The notes under the pieces were generated by a model. It ran no database searches, was not told where the DNA came from, and was given only the letters and a program-made list of their open reading frames with translations. From the NCBI GenBank assembly GCA_023334545.1, contig JAADVB010000035.1, forward strand, positions 42,086 to 106,085: DNA of 64,000 nucleotides, read 5' to 3'. The position numbers and the translations under genes are program-made. Origin of the DNA: Salisapilia sapeloensis CBS 127946. Lineage: Eukaryota; Protista; Oomycota. Numbering within the stretch: the stretch's first letter is position 1; every line of letters starts with the position of its first letter. This document shows, one piece after another, positions 33,967-47,800 of this stretch.

Positions 33967-35220
33967 GAAGAGTGATGCTGATGGCGGAGGCGATGCGGAC
34001 GTGATAACCTCAGTAAAACATTAATAATTTCAATCCTACTTTTTCCTTTTTAATCGTGATAGTACATTACTTGCTTATATTGCTTCAGCAAACAGGAGTC
34101 TGAACGTCGCTAGTATATGCGCATTGAACCGCTTCCATTCGCACAGCATTATACTGGAGTATTTGTGCATACCATCGACTGAATCGACCCATTTAAAACG
34201 GTTACTATATCGCATAATAAATGAGGTTTTGTACGTCCAAGTTTTACATTGCACAAAGTGCCATGATCTGGCAAACGACTTTTTGTGGTAGCATGGGAAG
34301 GATCCGACATGAATACTTGATCAGGTACTTGAGTGACACGCATTGGCCTGCGGGTATATGCGATATCGTTGAAGCTGCGCTCTACATGAAGGAGCATATC
34401 TATTCCGTTGGAGATTTTTGAATGTAACGATATAATTCACGAGCTAGTCTTCAAGCTAGTTAATGATCATAAGTTGGATTTAGTAAACGCAGGTTAAGCA
34501 ATAGGTAAGAACTAGATGCTTGGCAACATGATGCACATGTTTACGAATTATCAAGTCGGCTAAAGAAACACAAAGCTTATAAAGTGATGTTTCAGTAGCA
34601 AAGTCAAGAAACAATTCTGTGAATAAAGATGAAAGCGCTTGCTATGTGTAGTGTAAAAAGATAGAGGGCGATTGGAGAAGAGTAGGACCATTTAATGCTT
34701 CAAAGAATCGATCGAGCGGCCGTACGTATCGACGGCTCTGGTATATTAACTTCAAACATTTCACTTTTACAATACTTAAAGCAAAACAGTTCTTGGGTGG
34801 TATCTATTCAGCATACAGGCTCAAAATAAAACCTTAAAATCCGTCGAATATTCGTCAGTAGATATCTTAACAGCATGACTGGTAACAATGGGAATTATAT
34901 TGTTTGGAGAGTATGCAGGAAGTCATGCAAGCTTCTTTGCCCACTAAAGTACTATAAACAGTTATAGAAGGGCATCTTGTTTACATGGTATTTTAAAATA
35001 CTTTGCTTTAGCATTTATAGTTTTGACAGCGTAGTGGTAGACAAAGCAAATATCTGCTTTTAATCGCATGAGTATCGTCACAGATAATTAAGCTACTCTC
35101 TTCCAAATAAATGACTATACAGTACTTAATCTAATATTTTGTATGTACACAACATATGCGCACTTAGTTTTGGGGAACAACAAAAGGTGGACACAAAGCA
35201 CGAAACGCGCATAAGCCACC

Positions 35221-38200
35221 ATGTCTTCCTTCCGATCGCTGTTGCAGACAGCCATGGGTGACGATGAAGGTCACGAACGGATTGAAGAAATCGCCCAAGA
35301 TGCAGAGAATCAAACTGCAGTAGTCGATGATGCCGACGATGACCAAAGTACGTATAATCTGCTGCTTCTATCTCATATCACAGTGGCATCCGTTCTTAAG
35401 TGAACATGAGCTAGACATGGAGATGAGCGATGGATTAGAAAGTGAAGATGAGCTGTTTGAGCCGTCATCGGAAGAAGAAATCGATGAAGAAGAAGAGTAT
35501 CAACCGGACTCTGTACCAAACGTATTGCTTCTTGTCCATCCGAGTTTATTCTACATTCGATGCGTCATAATCCAATATCAGCTTCTAACAATGGTGAATA
35601 GATGTGGGGGTCATCCAATAAACTCAGGAGAAAACGACGTACAGGTAAAAGAGGTCGAAAAGCGGGACCTAAGCAAAAGCTTGGTAGAAAGGTGGTCGCC
35701 ACAAAAATTCCCACAGAGTTGGCAGCTGATCTAGGCGAAGCAAATCTCTTATACGCTTCCCAACAGTATGATGAAGCCATCGTTATCCTAAAAGACTTTA
35801 TTAAGAAAGCACCCACAATTCCAGATCCATACCATACTCTCGGTATGATCTACGAAGACCGGCAAGAACGTTCCAAGGCTTTAGAATTTTTCCTCATCGC
35901 TTGTACTTTAACGCCTCTTGATGGAGAGCTATGGAAACGCGTCGGACGTATTGCCAAGGATGAGAATAAAATAGATCAAGCATTCTATTGTTTCCGTCGC
36001 GCCTGTAATGCAGATAAGAAAGATGTTGAGGCTCTAAACTTTGTTATTGATATCTGCCGAGAGCGAGAAGATCATCATCGCGAAGCAATGGCGTTGAGAC
36101 GCATGGCAATTAAAGCTACGCCTTGGGATTTGACGCTTTGGATTCAAGCTGCTGAAGCGCATCACACGGATAATCATCCGGAACGTGCAGTGGATGCGCT
36201 ACTTATTTGTATTGACAAGGTGAATGAAGCAAAAAGTGGTTCCTCAGAAGCACCGGAGTTGGATGAAATGGAACTTATGAGTGCGTCAGATCTGTCCAAG
36301 CTGGAATTGAATGCTGTTAATATGGTCTCCGACTTGCTGATTACGATGAAAGAGTATCAGAAGTCTATCGAAGTCATTAACAACCTATCCGAACGACTGA
36401 AAAAGGAGAACCAATCGAGTCAGCAAGAGACTGGAGAGGACATACTGCCGATGGATATCACCGTAAAACTCGGTATTTGCTACTTGTACGTCGGGGAAGT
36501 GTCGACTGCTGAAGCCTGTCTGCATCAATTATTTGATGAAGATGTAGATGATTATGGAGATTTGTATATTGACGTAGCAGATGCTTATATCAGTCTCCAA
36601 AGTCATGATAATAAGGCAGATGAGATCTTGTCTGCTTTGCTCTTTTGTGAGCAAGTACCTCTAGATCAAGTCTGGAGCAAGTATGCACTCGTTCAGTCTC
36701 GATTAGGCAATTCTAAAACATCTTTGGAATATTATGTCAAAGCAGTCGAGAGTGCTCGTCAAGATGAGACAAAGGAAGTGGATCCAGAGATGGTATTAGC
36801 AGGTATGCAAGTGGCTCGACGCGTTGGTGAAACAAAGAAAGGGCTTGGCTTGCTAGAACAAGGACTACCAGAAGTCTTCCAGCCGCCTATCCGACCATAC
36901 TTTCGTAATTCTCGACCACAAATGCCGAAAGGTGCACCGGATCAGGAGGCAAGTGCGGACGAAGAGGACTCTGACTACGTGGAAAGTGGTGACGAGGAAG
37001 AAGAGCAGGCTATGGAAGCCTTGGGGCATGATCCAGATCTTTCCTTTGAAGCTATGGACAATAGCATTCGATTGAAACTCATGATCGAGTGGGGTCACTT
37101 GAAAGCCATGGACGAATCGCCAGAAGGGATCTGCATTGTCGGTGTGCCCATCCTCATCACGTGTCTACAACAAGCGTCCAAGCGTCTTTTCATGCCTGGA
37201 CCAAAAGCGCGTGAAGATCAGCGGTTGAGAACGGCAAGAGATGCAGAGTTAGCTCACTCCGTTGGCTTCCAGACACTGCGTTCGTCCTATTTAGTAGATT
37301 GGAAAGACCCGACGCAACAGAATACAGTGCCAGGTATCATCCAGCGCGTCGCTCGGCAAGTGGTTATCACCCAAGCGTTAGGTGAAGCACAGGTCTACTT
37401 GCTTACAGTCGACGTCGCTCAAGCACTTGCTGCTGTAGGGAAGCACGTGGCTGCGATCGAATTGCTCACGGACATGAACGCGTCGTCGAAGCTTTCAGAT
37501 CCTGCTCTTCGATTTGAAATTCGTTTCTTAGCTTTAGTCATTGCATTAGAGTTTCGTGAACATCGGATGGCGTATGATTGTGCTCGTTTGAACGTCGTGG
37601 AAGACCCGACGGATATCGCTTGCTGGCATCTCTTTGCACGTGTCGTAGCATGCACTGGCGTGTATTCTTCTCATCAAAAGTTTTTATCCAAGATGCTGCA
37701 AAAGTATCCGCATTGCTATCCGGCGATTGTGATGGCAGGTCACCAATCGGCTGCATGGGACATTGCGACGTTGACGATTGGGGAGCTGACGTTGGCACAT
37801 GATAAAGCACCGGACGATCCGCTTGGACTTTTGTGCCTGGGCTTGGCCTATCTGTCTGTTTCTCAATCACGAAACGTATCTGACAGACAACACTCTGTCG
37901 CGAAGGCTTTTGCCTTCATGCAGCAGTATGAACGTTGTCGTATGGATGAAGTGCAAGTGGATCGAAGTGGCATCGATCAAGAGTTTCGACAGGTTGAGTG
38001 CTGGTATAATACCGGTCGAGCACATCAGCAATTGGTATTTATACTACATTGTTTTATAGTTGCTATAAGGTCTAATGAGTTGGTAGGGACTCTTCCATTT
38101 GGCTATTCCGATGTATGAACGAGTACTCCGGTTTTACGACGAATGTGCCGCAGCAGACAAGCAAGTACCGCCAGCGTACCTCTTATCACGAGAAACGGCA

Positions 38201-38344
38201 TACAACCTCACACTCATCTACAACAAGAGGTACGCTTTAAACTATATCAAACAACATGAACGAAGTTAATTCAGTCATGATAGTGGAGCGCATGACTTGT
38301 CGCGGTATCTCGTCGACAAGTACTTGACGCTGGATGCTGCTTGA
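35221..38344 (+). CDS. GTF3C3: RNA polymerase III transcription factor TFIIIC TPR subunit (Tfc4/tau131), multi-exon
   Basis: Acidic N-terminus, LGEANLLYA...PDPYHTLGMIYE TPR array, and spliced C-terminus ECWYNTGRAHQQL/GLFHLAIPMYERVL...RETAYNLTLIY..SGAHDL. Confidence 0.9.
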
Positions 38345-38539
38345 AGTTGGGTACAGATGTCTTGATTAAGATGTAACATGGCTACATTTTTCCTGCTGTC
38401 TTTTCCTCCAATCATACAAGTTGCTTATCATGAATCACGGAATAAACACCAATCATCGGTAGGAAGAGTACTGCGGTGTACAAGATTCGTCACGACCAAG
38501 CATGCTCCTCACTTCTTAATTCGTACAGAGACCGAGAGT

Positions 38540-39893
38540 ATGCTACGACGTCTTCAACAGTACGTCTACCTTTTAGGTTGCTATGTCAAGTATGTAGTAA
38601 CATCGTGATAGAAAAACGTGGAACCAGTCTCGAATGGCTCACTCCATCTGGAGTCGCTCGTACGTGCGTGAAGCCGATGGGGCTGCTGTCGGGAGCGCTG
38701 CGCTTATTCGCAACAAGTATTTATCCGTCTTGCCAGAGTTTGAGCTAACATCGGGCGAAACACTGCCAGAAGTGAATGTCGAATGGGAGCAGTGGGTAAG
38801 CTTATCGCTGTCATCTATCCTCGATTTCATATCTGACGATGTCTACTAGGGAGATCCAACGTTGCCAGCAGAACGCACAGTCGTGATCCTACCATCCTTC
38901 TCACACTCGAGCCATGTTGCTCATAATCGAGACGCTCCGAGTCCAGGATGGTGGGAAAATATTGTCGGCCAGGGCAAAGCGGTCGATACGTCTCTCTTCC
39001 GAGTCATCTCGCTTTCCACTCTCGGAAGTCCTTATGGCGCTACTAGTCCAAAATCCATCGACCCTCGCACTGGTGAAGCGTATCGGGCCAACTTTCCACA
39101 GATCACACCTGCCGATATGGCTAAGTGTCATGCGCAAGTCTTGGACGACATTGGCATAGGCCGCGTCCATGCTGTTATTGGTGGGAGCATGGGCGGTCTC
39201 GTCGCGCTTGAATTTGCAGCTCAGAACCCAGACCGGATGGACAGACTGCTTGCGATGACGTGCACGGCGCAGACGACTCCTGGCACTGTTGCCATGCGTC
39301 GTACGCAACGTCAAGCGATTCTACTCGATCCTCAGTATCAGGATGGTAACTACAAGCCTGGCACCATCTTAAATGGCATGAAACTCGCTCGAGAGCTCGG
39401 CATGATGGGTTACCGGTCTCGAGAGGAGTTTGATGAACGATTTGACTGGCAGCCTTCGAACGACATCCATTTCAAGTCCTCCGCAACATTTGACGTTGAA
39501 AGTTACATGGAGTACCAAGGAAAGAAGTTTGCTCGGATGTATGATCCGAATTGTTATCTATTGCTATCGAAAGCCATGGATTTGATGAATTTAGGACACG
39601 GGTACTCGAGTCTGGCGGAAGGTATTAGCCGGATTCAATGTGAATCGATGATTGTTGGTGTGAAGCAAGATGCGTTGATTCCGATTCAGGAACAACGATC
39701 GATTGTGGACATCTTACAATCATATGGACGTGATTCTCAACTGGTTGAAGTTGATTCGAAATTTGGGCATGACACGATGTTCCAACCACAAATGCAGCTG
39801 GACATCTTTGCTCCGATCGTCCGTCACTTTGTGGAAAAGAACATGCCAGAGACGCTTACGTATGAAAAACTTCGATACGTTGATGATCTCTAG
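38540..39893 (+). CDS. MetX/Cys2-family (homo)serine O-acyltransferase, probably mitochondrial, 3 exons
   Basis: PGWW, GGSMGG nucleophile elbow, catalytic D (KQDALIP) and H (FGHD). Spliced N-terminus MLRRLQQKTWNQSRMAHSIWSRSY resembles a presequence. Confidence 0.85.
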
Positions 39894-40714
39894 GCCCAGG
39901 AAGAGGCCGATGAAATTTGGTTGTTGGGACTGTATGAATTCACGAGCTCATCGTGAGAGTTTGCGAGAGCTCTGGATCTGGATATCTAATAAAATGCAAT
40001 TAATGCAACAAACTGTCTGGTCTTGAAGTATTTAAATGAAGTTCAGTCATGAATGAAGCTAAAGTAGGTAATGTCCTACCATGCAGGAGAATGATGTTGA
40101 AAGTACTTTCATGCTTCTATTCTCTGTCAATTCCTCCAAGTTGGTCAAAAACTCTTAAATGTGTAAAGAGCTTAAGCATTTTAATACTACTGTCCATCTT
40201 GTCGTCTCGGTAGTAACTTGGAATCTTGCTCTCATATAGCAAAAGACTATCTTACAAGCTACAGAAGTATTTTCACATAAGTAGCTCGTAAACATTGCTT
40301 CGTGCAAAAATAGAACGTAACTATGAGCATGCAAATAGACGAAGTAAAAGGTTCATTCTACTGTAAATGAGTTTGAGAGGAAGAATCTAGAAGGCGCGTG
40401 TTTGCTTGCAGTGAAGGTATAAAAAGTACATGCATATAAATTTTAGACAAAACCAAGTCGACGACCACATAGAAATAAGACATCCTATCACCAATTTTCA
40501 CTTCTATCGTAAAGAACTTGTCATCATACTACTCTGTGTACTCCAAGACCCACTCAAGTAGATAAAACTCAGTTTGCTGGATGATGAAAACGGGAATGCA
40601 TGCGTGATCGACATATATCTTCGCAGATTACATAATCGAGAGTTAAAAGTTTCAAGTTCTACTCTGACTGTCATAAATCGATTTAAATCTTCAGACACAA
40701 GCGAAAGTATCATC

Positions 40715-41459
40715 ATGGCCCCGAAGACTGTCCTCATTACTGGTGCTTCCCGAAGCATTGGTCTCGAACTTGCAAAGGAGTACACGGCTCTTGGTTGGAA
40801 TGTCATTGGTGCCGTCCGCAATCCGGACTCAGCTACCAAGGTACAGGCTATTATATAAACTACTTCAAGCAAATTTACTCACGCGATGATTGCAGCTCAA
40901 GGAGCTGAACCCGTACAAGGTTGTCCGATTGGATGCCAAGGACGAGAACTCCATTTTGGAGGCTGCCAAGGCTCTCGAGTCGGAGCCCATCGACTTGCTC
41001 ATTAACAATGCCGGCATCTTCGAGCAGCGTGGCATCGATGCTACGACGAAGGAAGATATGATGGAGCAGTTTGAAGTGAACGTCACGGGCCCGTTCTTGG
41101 TCACGCGTGCGCTCATCCCGAACCTGAAGAAGGCGGTCGAGATCAATGGTGGAGCCAAGGTCGCCCAGATGTCGTCGTTCCTCGGCAGCGTCGAGCTATC
41201 CCCACCGATGTCCATCGGCTACAGCGCTTCCAAGGCAGGACTTAACATGGTTATGAAGCTATTCACGCAGCAGCACAGCGACGACAAGATTACTAGTGTG
41301 AGCTTGCACCCTGGCTACGTCGCGACGGACATTAACAACCACGAAGGTGATGTCAAGGTGACTGACAGCGCCAAGGGCCTTGTGCGCGTCATTGAAGGTC
41401 TCACGCATGCCGAGACCGGCAAGTTCTTCGACTACACCGGAGCTGCCCTTCCGTGGTAG
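40715..41459 (+). CDS. Short-chain dehydrogenase/reductase, CsgA/C-factor-like, 2 exons
   Basis: TVLITGASRSIG, LLINNAG, YSASKA (YxxxK), LHPGYVATD; one intron at ~40841-40895. Confidence 0.92.
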
Positions 41460-41910
41460 ATTTAATCTTGACTATTAAATAAAAGCCCACGTAGCTTGAA
41501 ATTGCAACAATCTCTTTGTATTCACACCGTTCTTACAGGCTACATCAAGTCAGTAGGGGATGGCAGCATATTTATTACCTCTGTAGGATACATGCGCTCG
41601 CTTGGGCTTATTCCTGTCTACTGTATCATCGTGAAAGTAACCTAGAGACCCTAATGTTGAAGTGAAATTGGTCATCGATATGGAAAGATGGATGTGTACT
41701 AGTGTTAAAATATTAATAGCTGTAACAGCAGAACGCCAGCTATGAGGATAATGTTGAGATACTAATACGAAGAATGAAGTGACAGCGGGACATGTAGGCC
41801 TCGCCAAAAATTCTACATCAAGGTAAGCTGTCTAAGGACTAACGTACCAGCCTGAACTGCAGACAACGGATTACCATCCCATACCAATGGTTAGATTTTT
41901 ATTGGGTCCA

Positions 41911-41962
41911 ATGTGGTCCTTGGTCCGACTCGGTTTTCAACACATCGGGCCAAGGACCACAT
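41911..41962. repeat. Isolated inverted repeat: 18-bp arms (one G-T pair) with a 16-nt loop
   Basis: ATGTGGTCCTTGGTCCGA (41911-41928) and TCGGGCCAAGGACCACAT (41945-41962). Confidence 0.9.
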
Positions 41963-42971
41963 CGAATCAAGCATGAATTCTACTAATTCAAGAGGTTCAG
42001 TGTTGGAGGTACGCCATTTTTATCGACTACTGCCGTTGCAGTTTAATATGATGCAAGGCACATCTAAAGTTTTAAGGGTGGTCAAATATCCGACAAACAT
42101 ACCGTATGGCCAATAGCCGCAATTTATTTAAGCAGGATTCGTAGCCTTCATATACGACTAGAGACATTGAGTTAAAGGAAAGTGGTAGCACCACGATGAG
42201 TATTAAACCTATGGTGATCTCAAAGCAGTACAAGATGTCTGATGGTCAAAATATCGACCTAAACTATTCCTAATATTTATGCATCACAAACTCAACATGT
42301 ACTAGTCAACCAATGGCTTATCAGTATTAGATGAAGTATGTAGGTATTAAATCTTGTTTGGTATTAACATGAGTATGGACAGAAATTCAGAACTAGCAAA
42401 ATGAAGAAAGAGGAATTTTAGTAGCTTAGACACATCCTTATGTACGCATTAAGGCATCGCCATTTCTCACAACCAGGCAGTCATTGTACGGAACGAGAGA
42501 TAGTCTGCCTAAACTACCAGCTAATACTTGCTAGCACCACCCACTTAATATACCTTTAGCTCAGCCTAGATAAAGAAATACCAGGATAGCTTTACCATGT
42601 ATGCAAGTTTTGTGGGTCACTTTTCAAAGCTGTGCTCTGTAAGCAATAGCAAGATTGAGATACACAGACATCAACTTTGCACTACGCACACACAGAAAGA
42701 TTATGTGAAAGTACTACTTTCGATTTACAATCCACCACTCTGATGAAAAGCTACTTTAACGCTCCGAGGAATTATCTCTTGAACTTGAAGTCTTGATACA
42801 AAGTACAAGTTGATCGGCACACTCCGTCGTAGTCTCACGAAAAAAGCCCTAATAAAAACCAACACCTAAATTTTGTTCTGAACAACAACCAACCTCCTCC
42901 TCCCATACTTTATCCAAGTCAGATGAAACCTATAGACACATACCGGACATACTCAGACAACAACTTTTCAA

Positions 42972-44782
42972 ATGGGACCTTTGTCTACTACGAATGGGTC
43001 TATGCAGGCAATGGGCGATCAAGCGAGTCTGTGGAAAGGAATGCTGAATCAGTGCTCCACTCGCGAGAAACTGCCTGAAATACAATTGATCGTCGTGGGG
43101 GATGCATCCAGTGGGAAGAGCGCTCTATTGTCACGAGTTGATGAAAGCGCGAACGCAGATGCCAATGCTGGTGTCTTTGGACCAGGTACATTGCTCGGAT
43201 ACTCTAGCCTGCAAGTGATGGATGCACGAGCAAAGGAGAGTGCAACGGAAGCTGTATCAGAGGACGATGTGGTCGCGAAAGTTGACGCATGGACGCTCAA
43301 CGACTTGACTGCGAAAAACCTTCTGCAGGTGGCTTTACAGCCGAACAAGCTAAAGCATGTATGATATCGTATTACACAAGAAGAAAGGTATATCTTTTAT
43401 TGATTAAATATGATGCATACAGACAGTGTTGACGATCGCCTTGGACCTGTCCAAACCGTGGACATTGAAAAACGTGTTGGATCAGGTATATGATCTTGCT
43501 AATCACTATGAAAGGGTAGTAGATGATGCTGTTTGGTTGTAGTGGGCGTCTACACTGGAAGGAGAATTGCTACAGCAGATTAACAAGGTGCCTTTGGAAG
43601 AATCTGCAGAGCTTTATGCAGCCACGAAAGATCACATTCTCAACTATACCGACCCAGTACGAGAGCTCATGCATATCTAGTAGATGTGTACTAATGGATA
43701 CTTGCTTTTGTCTCTAGACTCTGTCACAAACGGATGCAGACGACGTTGACAACAGCTCCCATCACTCTGTACATCTATTACAGCCACTACTTCATAATTT
43801 AATATGCTCATGCTATACACCCAGATGGATGCATTTACTAAAAACTTGGGCGTTCCTCTGCTCCTAATCGCTACAAAGTCCGACGTACGTACATGATCAA
43901 TCTTCTATACATTTCATCGATGACTTATAAGCATCCTTAACACTCTAGCAACGACCAGAGAACTCGGTGCAAGTAGATTACATCGAGTACACCCTCCGCC
44001 AATTCGCCCTTCGCTGTAAATTTTTCATTCTTACCTCAACTACTTGTATACATAACGCTCATATCCGTGCTAGATGGAGCTGGCATCCTATTCACATCCT
44101 CCAAGACTGGTGCCAACGTCGACGTACTTCGAGAATATATACTCCATCGAGCGCACCCTTCCCAGTTCCCATTCTCCCATCCACCACAACTCGTTCATCG
44201 AGACTACTTCTTCGTTCCATCCGGCTATGATTCCACTGACTTGATCCACCAAAGCTTGGTCGGGTCTCAACCTCGATGGGATCAAGGCACAACTTTCGAG
44301 ACGATGGTGCCGACACCTCGGACGATGGACGCTGGAGACGATGCTCTATCACAAGGTCAAGCTTCTAACGAAGTGACAGTCGAAGCGCATGAAACATGGC
44401 TCGAAAAACTCGAAAAGGCTGCAGGCGCAGGTCTGGAGGATCTCCAGAAGCAGAGTGTGGAAGCGAGTCAAAAGGCTGAGGCAGCAGCTTCTGCTCGTCG
44501 AGCATCAGCTGAACGACGCAAACGGGAGGAGACTGACATCAGCTCGAAGCATCTGACCAACTTTTTCAACAATTTACTCAGTCGACCAGAGAAATCCAAA
44601 TCTTCTCGTGCTAGTGGTCTCTTTGGTAGTCGAAGTCGTGGCGAATTACGAAAGGTACATCATGAAATGGTTAGATGAGAGGATAAATGACTAACAAGAT
44701 GATATTCTGGTAGACCAAGAGCGATATGAAAGATGTAGAGGAAGAACTGCAGAAACTTGCGACCAGGTCGAGCAACAAGTAA
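42972..44782 (+). CDS. DYNC1LI: Cytoplasmic dynein 1 light intermediate chain, multi-exon
   Basis: SLWKGML, P-loop GDASSGKS, QVDYIEYTLRQFALRYGAGILFTS, QLVHRDYFFVPSGYDS, C-terminal LTNFFNNLL helix; last exon ends SSNK-stop at 44780-44782. Confidence 0.88.
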
Positions 44783-44864
44783 CGGTTTCAACGTGATTAC
44801 GTTCCAATTAGACATCAATCCTTGCTAGTTCATCCCATATCACTGTTGATACTTTCGATGCGTG

Positions 44865-47800
44865 TCAACTGACGGTGCATGAGCTTCCGCCTGCAGACCT
44901 CGACTCTTCCATCAGCTCTTCCACGTCTGCTTTTCCGTTCTCACGTCCACTGAGCGATCGAGGCATGTGGTTCGACGGTGGATAAAGATGCTCGATCGGA
45001 ACATTTTGTGTGTCCCGACGCCGATAGAAGAGGATGTATGCAGTAGATGACACGACTTCCTTGGCATCGATATTCTTGCACTGGTGATCGTTAAAGCACT
45101 TCCACTGCCCATCCTGTTCGTTCAAGACGTATGCAAAGTAGTGTCCACCACCAAGAGCACCGACGTGGTTCACCACTCCATACAGGTCATATGCAAATGA
45201 AGGATCATCTGCATTCGCCTCGGAAGCAGCAATCGTATTAGGATCCAAGTGTGCGTTTGGACTGATCTGTGCCATCAAATCCTCTTCCTCCTGTCTAGCA
45301 TATTCAGCATCAACATCCTGACTCTTCTCTTCCTCGACCAACTTTCCACCCAAAAACTGCCAGTAGACGACTCCACATTCATTCATCTGTCTCGGACCTC
45401 TCGACTTGGCCACAAAGTCTTCTAGTCGAAGACCCTTGAGTGGAAAGTCAACGACATGATGGAGCTTCCTTCGTGACACTTGTGTATAACAAAAGCGTTT
45501 GAGCTGAATCACTAACACTGGCGGCAACCTCCATAGCTCCATGGTCTTGGAAGCTGGTCGTAGCGTCTTACAACGTCCACAAAACGCTTCTGGAATCTCT
45601 TCTTTTGCCGTGAAAATGTCCAAGCAATGGCGCAAGTTCAGCGGCTGACTGTCCTGATGTCGATACTCTTGCACCGACTTGTCTTCATCCATCTTGGCGG
45701 CCTGCACTGGGTCGTACTCTTCCTTGAGCGTTCGATTGTCCCAGTCCATGGCAAGCGTTTCATCCGCTGCCAAGTTCAGTTTCTCACGGACGGATGGGAC
45801 GACGAGACATCCAAGACACCCGTCCAGCCACTCGCATCGAGAGCACCCGACGCCATGAGACGTGACTCGACGGAGACAAAAGCCAAACTTGGTGATATTC
45901 AAATGTCGACCTAGTGCCAGATCAGCAACGTGTGTCCGAAGCTTATCCGGACGAAGATCCACGTCGGTTGTGTCGTCTAATTCCTGTGGGGAGGGAGGTT
46001 TTTGCCAGTTAAAGATCCGTCGCAGACGTTTCCATACCATCCAATACAGCTCATACGTCGTGGTGTTCGCAAGGGAGATGCGAAGGACAAGTGGCGTACC
46101 AAAGCATCGTGTGATATGGATATTCGTAAAGGCATTCATCGACTTTTCAACCCTTCGATGGACTAGATAGACAAGTGCTTCATCTTCTGTACGCTCGACG
46201 ATCTTGGCTTTTGGAATGTTATACCGACGTAAACCGGAGTGGAAAGCTACGTCAACCATACGAGAGTCCGCGTTGCTGCCAATGACACGTGCAGGCATGA
46301 GCTCTCTCGATCGATCCATACGAACAGAGACAGAGGACCCGTATGGAAGCAACAATTCAGGAGCAGTAGAGACTTGCTTCTTGTCGGCGCCATCTACCTG
46401 TGGCTGACTGTCGTCATTCGAAAGGTCTAAGGGTGCGAAAGTACTTTGTGTGCTTACACCCGAGTCCTCTTCGAGTGTATCAGACTGAATCTCATATGTC
46501 TCCTCAACGTCTTTTTCACTATCAACTCGCTCCTCTCGTTCCTCTGCCGATGCGTTCATAAGTTCCGACACTGTCTTCTTAACATCCGATAACAAGTCGA
46601 GTTGGAAGACTGTAAGTTGATCTCGTTCTTGGACTTGTGTCAGAGGCGTATTTGGATTCAAGAGACACTCGACGATATGTAAAGGAGAGACGATCGCCAA
46701 GATCGCATGATCTCGACAATTGTCCACAAACTGTCCATCCTTTTCGAGCACTGGAGCGACTTGATCTAATAATTCCTGGACAGTATCTTCATTACGCACT
46801 CGGACAGAATATCGTAAAGGTACACGTCCAGAGTGGAAGATGACAGTCATCGTGATCGTACGATGGTGACTCTCTGGTAATGAAAGCTGGAGGAAGGAAA
46901 AAGGTTCAAAGCGTGCAGACTCGTAGCGACAGACAGAGCACTCGAGTAAGCTCTTGTACTGACCAGTGAAGAGCGCGACGATGACAGACATTTCTCTTGC
47001 CAAGTGCGCTCGCCACCACTCGTCTGCCACGACAGCATCACTTCGTCCGTCACTATCCGGTTGCTCTGTGTACGGCTTTTTGACAATCCGGTTGAGGTCT
47101 TCACTTAGTCCATCCAGGAGACTTGCCAAGAACTCTTGCGAGTCATGCTGATCAGCCCCCACGAACTGCGTATTAAACCTCGAAAGCACTTTTTTAAACT
47201 CACTTGGTGCAACATGCTTACGTCCAGGTGTCCACAGTACACGCAGCAACTCTCCAAATGCAACAGCTAACCTACCTCTAGCACCATGTTTGCTATGGAC
47301 GTTAATGTCATTCAAGTACGCTTCGTTTCGAAAGTACGACACGAGTGGCTTGGTGTGACTTAAACACTGGAGAGCACTGCTCATGTAGCAAGTATTACCG
47401 AGGTTGTCCAATCCGACAAGTCCATCGCCTGTGAATGCATCCTTCTGGAAACGCTTCTTGACTGTACCCACCGCTGCGATACGTTCACTTTCAATGATCG
47501 AAGCCTCACTCGTGCTAGAGGCAGAGGTGCTACCGTCGCTCAGTCGAGCTGAGTCTCCATTTCCTCGAGCACATAGCTCTGATGTTCTTGCTGGAGCTTG
47601 CCTTCCTTTGTCTGAAGGACTTATTGACTGCTCTCTATACACTCCGCTTTGGTCTCTCGAGGTAGACTTGGAGTCCGACAGAAGTCGAGTCTCCGTGTGT
47701 GACAACGGCCACGAGCCGTCATTATCTTGTAGTTCAAGCAACAGGACACTGTCTTGCGTCAACTGTCGTAGATCCGACTGATGTGTCTCCGGCAATCGGA

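Noticed and set aside
33967-35220. 1.2-kb AT-rich spacer with 60-80 aa ORFs
   Set aside because: No motifs, repeats or coding-like composition recognised.
40098-40111. 14-bp perfect palindrome TGAAAGTACTTTCA, with a similar interrupted copy at 42706-42721
   Set aside because: Several 14-bp palindromes and shared 10-mers are expected by chance in a window of this size; no further support.
42555-42630. TAGCTCAG, resembling a tRNA A-box
   Set aside because: No B-box and no cloverleaf.
42740-42765. CTGATGA followed by a 4-bp stem, resembling a hammerhead ribozyme core
   Set aside because: The required GAAA after stem II is absent (it reads AACG) and no stems I or III were found.
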